Shown: positions 62,218-64,000 of the stretch, in pieces
Position numbering within the stretch: the first letter of the stretch is position 1
Layout of the letters: every line of letters starts with the position of its first letter
Assembly (NCBI GenBank): GCA_037447605.1
Contig: CM074816.1
Location: forward strand, 2,322,525-2,386,524
Reading direction: 5' to 3'
Source: Zygnema circumcarinatum SAG 698-1b
Lineage: Eukaryota; Plantae; Zygnematophyceae
Length of the DNA: 64,000 bases
Notes under the pieces: model-generated
Database searches by the model: none
The model's input: the letters and a program-made list of their open reading frames with translations, nothing else
What the model was told of the DNA's origin: nothing
Translations under genes and position numbers: made by a program

Positions 62218-62358
62218 AATTAGGGTTAGAATTAGGGTTAAAATTAGGGTTAGGGGTAGAGTTAGGGTTAGGATTAGGGATACGATAGGCCTGAAAGAAG
62301 GGTTAGGGTTACGGTTAGGGTTAGGAATTAGGCTTAGGGCTAAAATTAGGGTTGGGGT
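62218..62358. repeat. Degenerate telomere-like (TTAGGG)n tract
   Basis: Repeated ttaggg/attaggg units. TTTAGGG telo-box units also occur at 62963-62980 and 1343-1364. Confidence 0.75.
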
Positions 62359-62539
62359 TAAAGCTCCGTTGAGCGCGAGGAGCCGATGACGCGGACGGCC
62401 CTCTATGTCACGTCACGATAACAGTTCCCTGTGAAATCTGTTCAACGGCCGAATCGCGTCGCATGGAAGTCGACAACATCCGTACCGTAAGAACGAACCT
62501 CCGTACCTCCGTACTTTACTTGTACGCAACTGTGGATGT

Positions 62540-62540
<1 letters not shown>

Positions 62541-62632
<92 letters not shown>

Positions 62633-62669
62633 AAGGCATAGGCAGGGCATGGGCATGAAGGCATAGGCA

Positions 62670-62712
<43 letters not shown>

Positions 62713-62791
62713 AGCATGGGCATGAAGGCATAGGCATGGGCATGGGCATGAAGGCATAGGCATGGGCATGGGCATGAAGGCATGGGCATGG
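62541..62791. repeat. (GGGCAT)n hexamer array
   Basis: Directly visible, about 40 units with GAAGGCATA variants. Confidence 0.9.
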
Positions 62792-62885
62792 GTCCATGCG
62801 GATCATGCAGTACAGCATGTATGCATGCATGGCAAAATTCACACATGGCATGGAGCTGGACAGTGCCGTTTAGCGGGGCGAGGCC

Positions 62886-63620
62886 ATGGCGAGCGGCCTG
62901 CTCCTGCTTCTGCTGCTTGCCGTCGCCGCGCCAGGTACTACTGCCTCCAGCGCGGGCGAGGGTTTAGGGTTTAGGGTTGAGGTTTTATTTGATCTTCACA
63001 GTAAGCAGGTCGTTGAAGCGGTCATTTTGGATCATCTTTCTGCTGCCACACAGGCTGTTTCTAAGCTTTAATGAGGGCCTTCACTACTTTCAGGACTATT
63101 GGCGGACGCTCGGACTCGACCAAATTTTGATCACAATGTAACCATCAAAGGAAGCGGGCGAGTTGGACCTCTCACTCCTTCAGAAACAGGGTAAATGCCC
63201 ACTCTTTCTTATCGTTTTTTTAGAATGCAAGTTTCACCATGTTCAAGTTAGTGCCAAAAAGGTTAAGCATGTATTTTTTTCAAATCAATTACCCTAAAAA
63301 CCCTAAAACCCAGTAAGCCAGTCTTCAATTTTATTCTCATCAGAAAAATGAGGGAGATGATGAGATTTACAAAGTGGGGGAGCTCCACAACTATTCTGTG
63401 TCAGGGCCAACGGTTTCCGTTCAACGGAACACACGGAAACAGTCGCACGGAACCTGCAGGAATGGACCGTGACAAGGAACGGATCCTCCGTAGAATGCAA
63501 CGGAGGCAGGGGTTACCTGTACAAGAAGGAGATGCTGACGTGGCAAAGCCTTCAAAATGGGCTGTGGCAGCAGCCCTGGTTACCGGACGAGGGAAAATTT
63601 GTGCTCCCATTTTGTTACTC
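62886..63620 (+). CDS. 5' exons of an unidentified gene with a signal peptide; probably continues beyond the modelled part
   Basis: MASGLLLLLLLAVAAP|GT donor at 62934; exon 63094-63190 (AG..GT); phase-compatible exon from 63344. No recognisable domain. Confidence 0.4.
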
Positions 63621-64000
63621 TGGAAGGGTTCGTTTATAATTTTTTTTTCATTTTTTCTTAAAAAAAAAAATTAATAAAATTTCACTTCTGTTTTTTCATG
63701 GTCTGAAGGCGTAGAGAAATTGAGGCAATTGATAATGTTTTGGTCAAGTTGACTCGGTCAAGTTAGTCACGCATATTAACCGCGCGAATAAGATATTCAA
63801 TTTCCAATTATGTTATTCGAGCATTTTTTGCCGCTATGGTGCTTCTATGACAATTTCAATCGAGTGCTGAATAATTTGAACAAGCCTTATGGGAATATTT
63901 TTCCGACAGGCTAGCAACCGTATTCAATGCTTACGTGGCGCCCTCCTATTCGCCGGAATCCTTAATCGAACTCTCATTGTCCCTTTCAATTCTGTAAGTT

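Noticed and set aside
62413-62851. MPMP, CPCP and HAHA repeat ORFs
   Set aside because: They are translations of the (GGGCAT)n array.

Overview
Eukaryotic scaffold segment with GT-AG spliceosomal introns, plant-type LRRs and Copia/MITE transposons. A streptophyte alga (Closterium-like) is my inference, not shown by the sequence. It contains eight 10-N gaps. Main content: a tandem family of very large secreted multidomain genes. Copy 1 (4557-17359, about 1628 aa) and copy 2 (32602-48594, about 1506 aa) share a constant chassis: Pro-rich stalk, LRRNT, about 7-8 plant LRRs, EGF, papain-like C1A protease with intact Cys/His/Asn, 2 EGF, 4 LysM. Their N-terminal heads are unrelated (PAN/Apple plus 3 F-type lectin domains versus 2 NIDO domains) and sit between a shared promoter and the shared chassis. 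The window starts in what looks like the 3' end of a third paralog. The copies are separated by a 12.8-kb four-level nest of LTR retrotransposons and a MITE, whose target-site duplications (TSDs) can all be read (one has a single mismatch). A cluster of hairpin/foldback elements and satellites follows (48.8-57.7 kb), then a 9-exon serine acetyltransferase gene (minus strand) and the start of an unknown signal-peptide gene. All exon models and alignments were made by eye.
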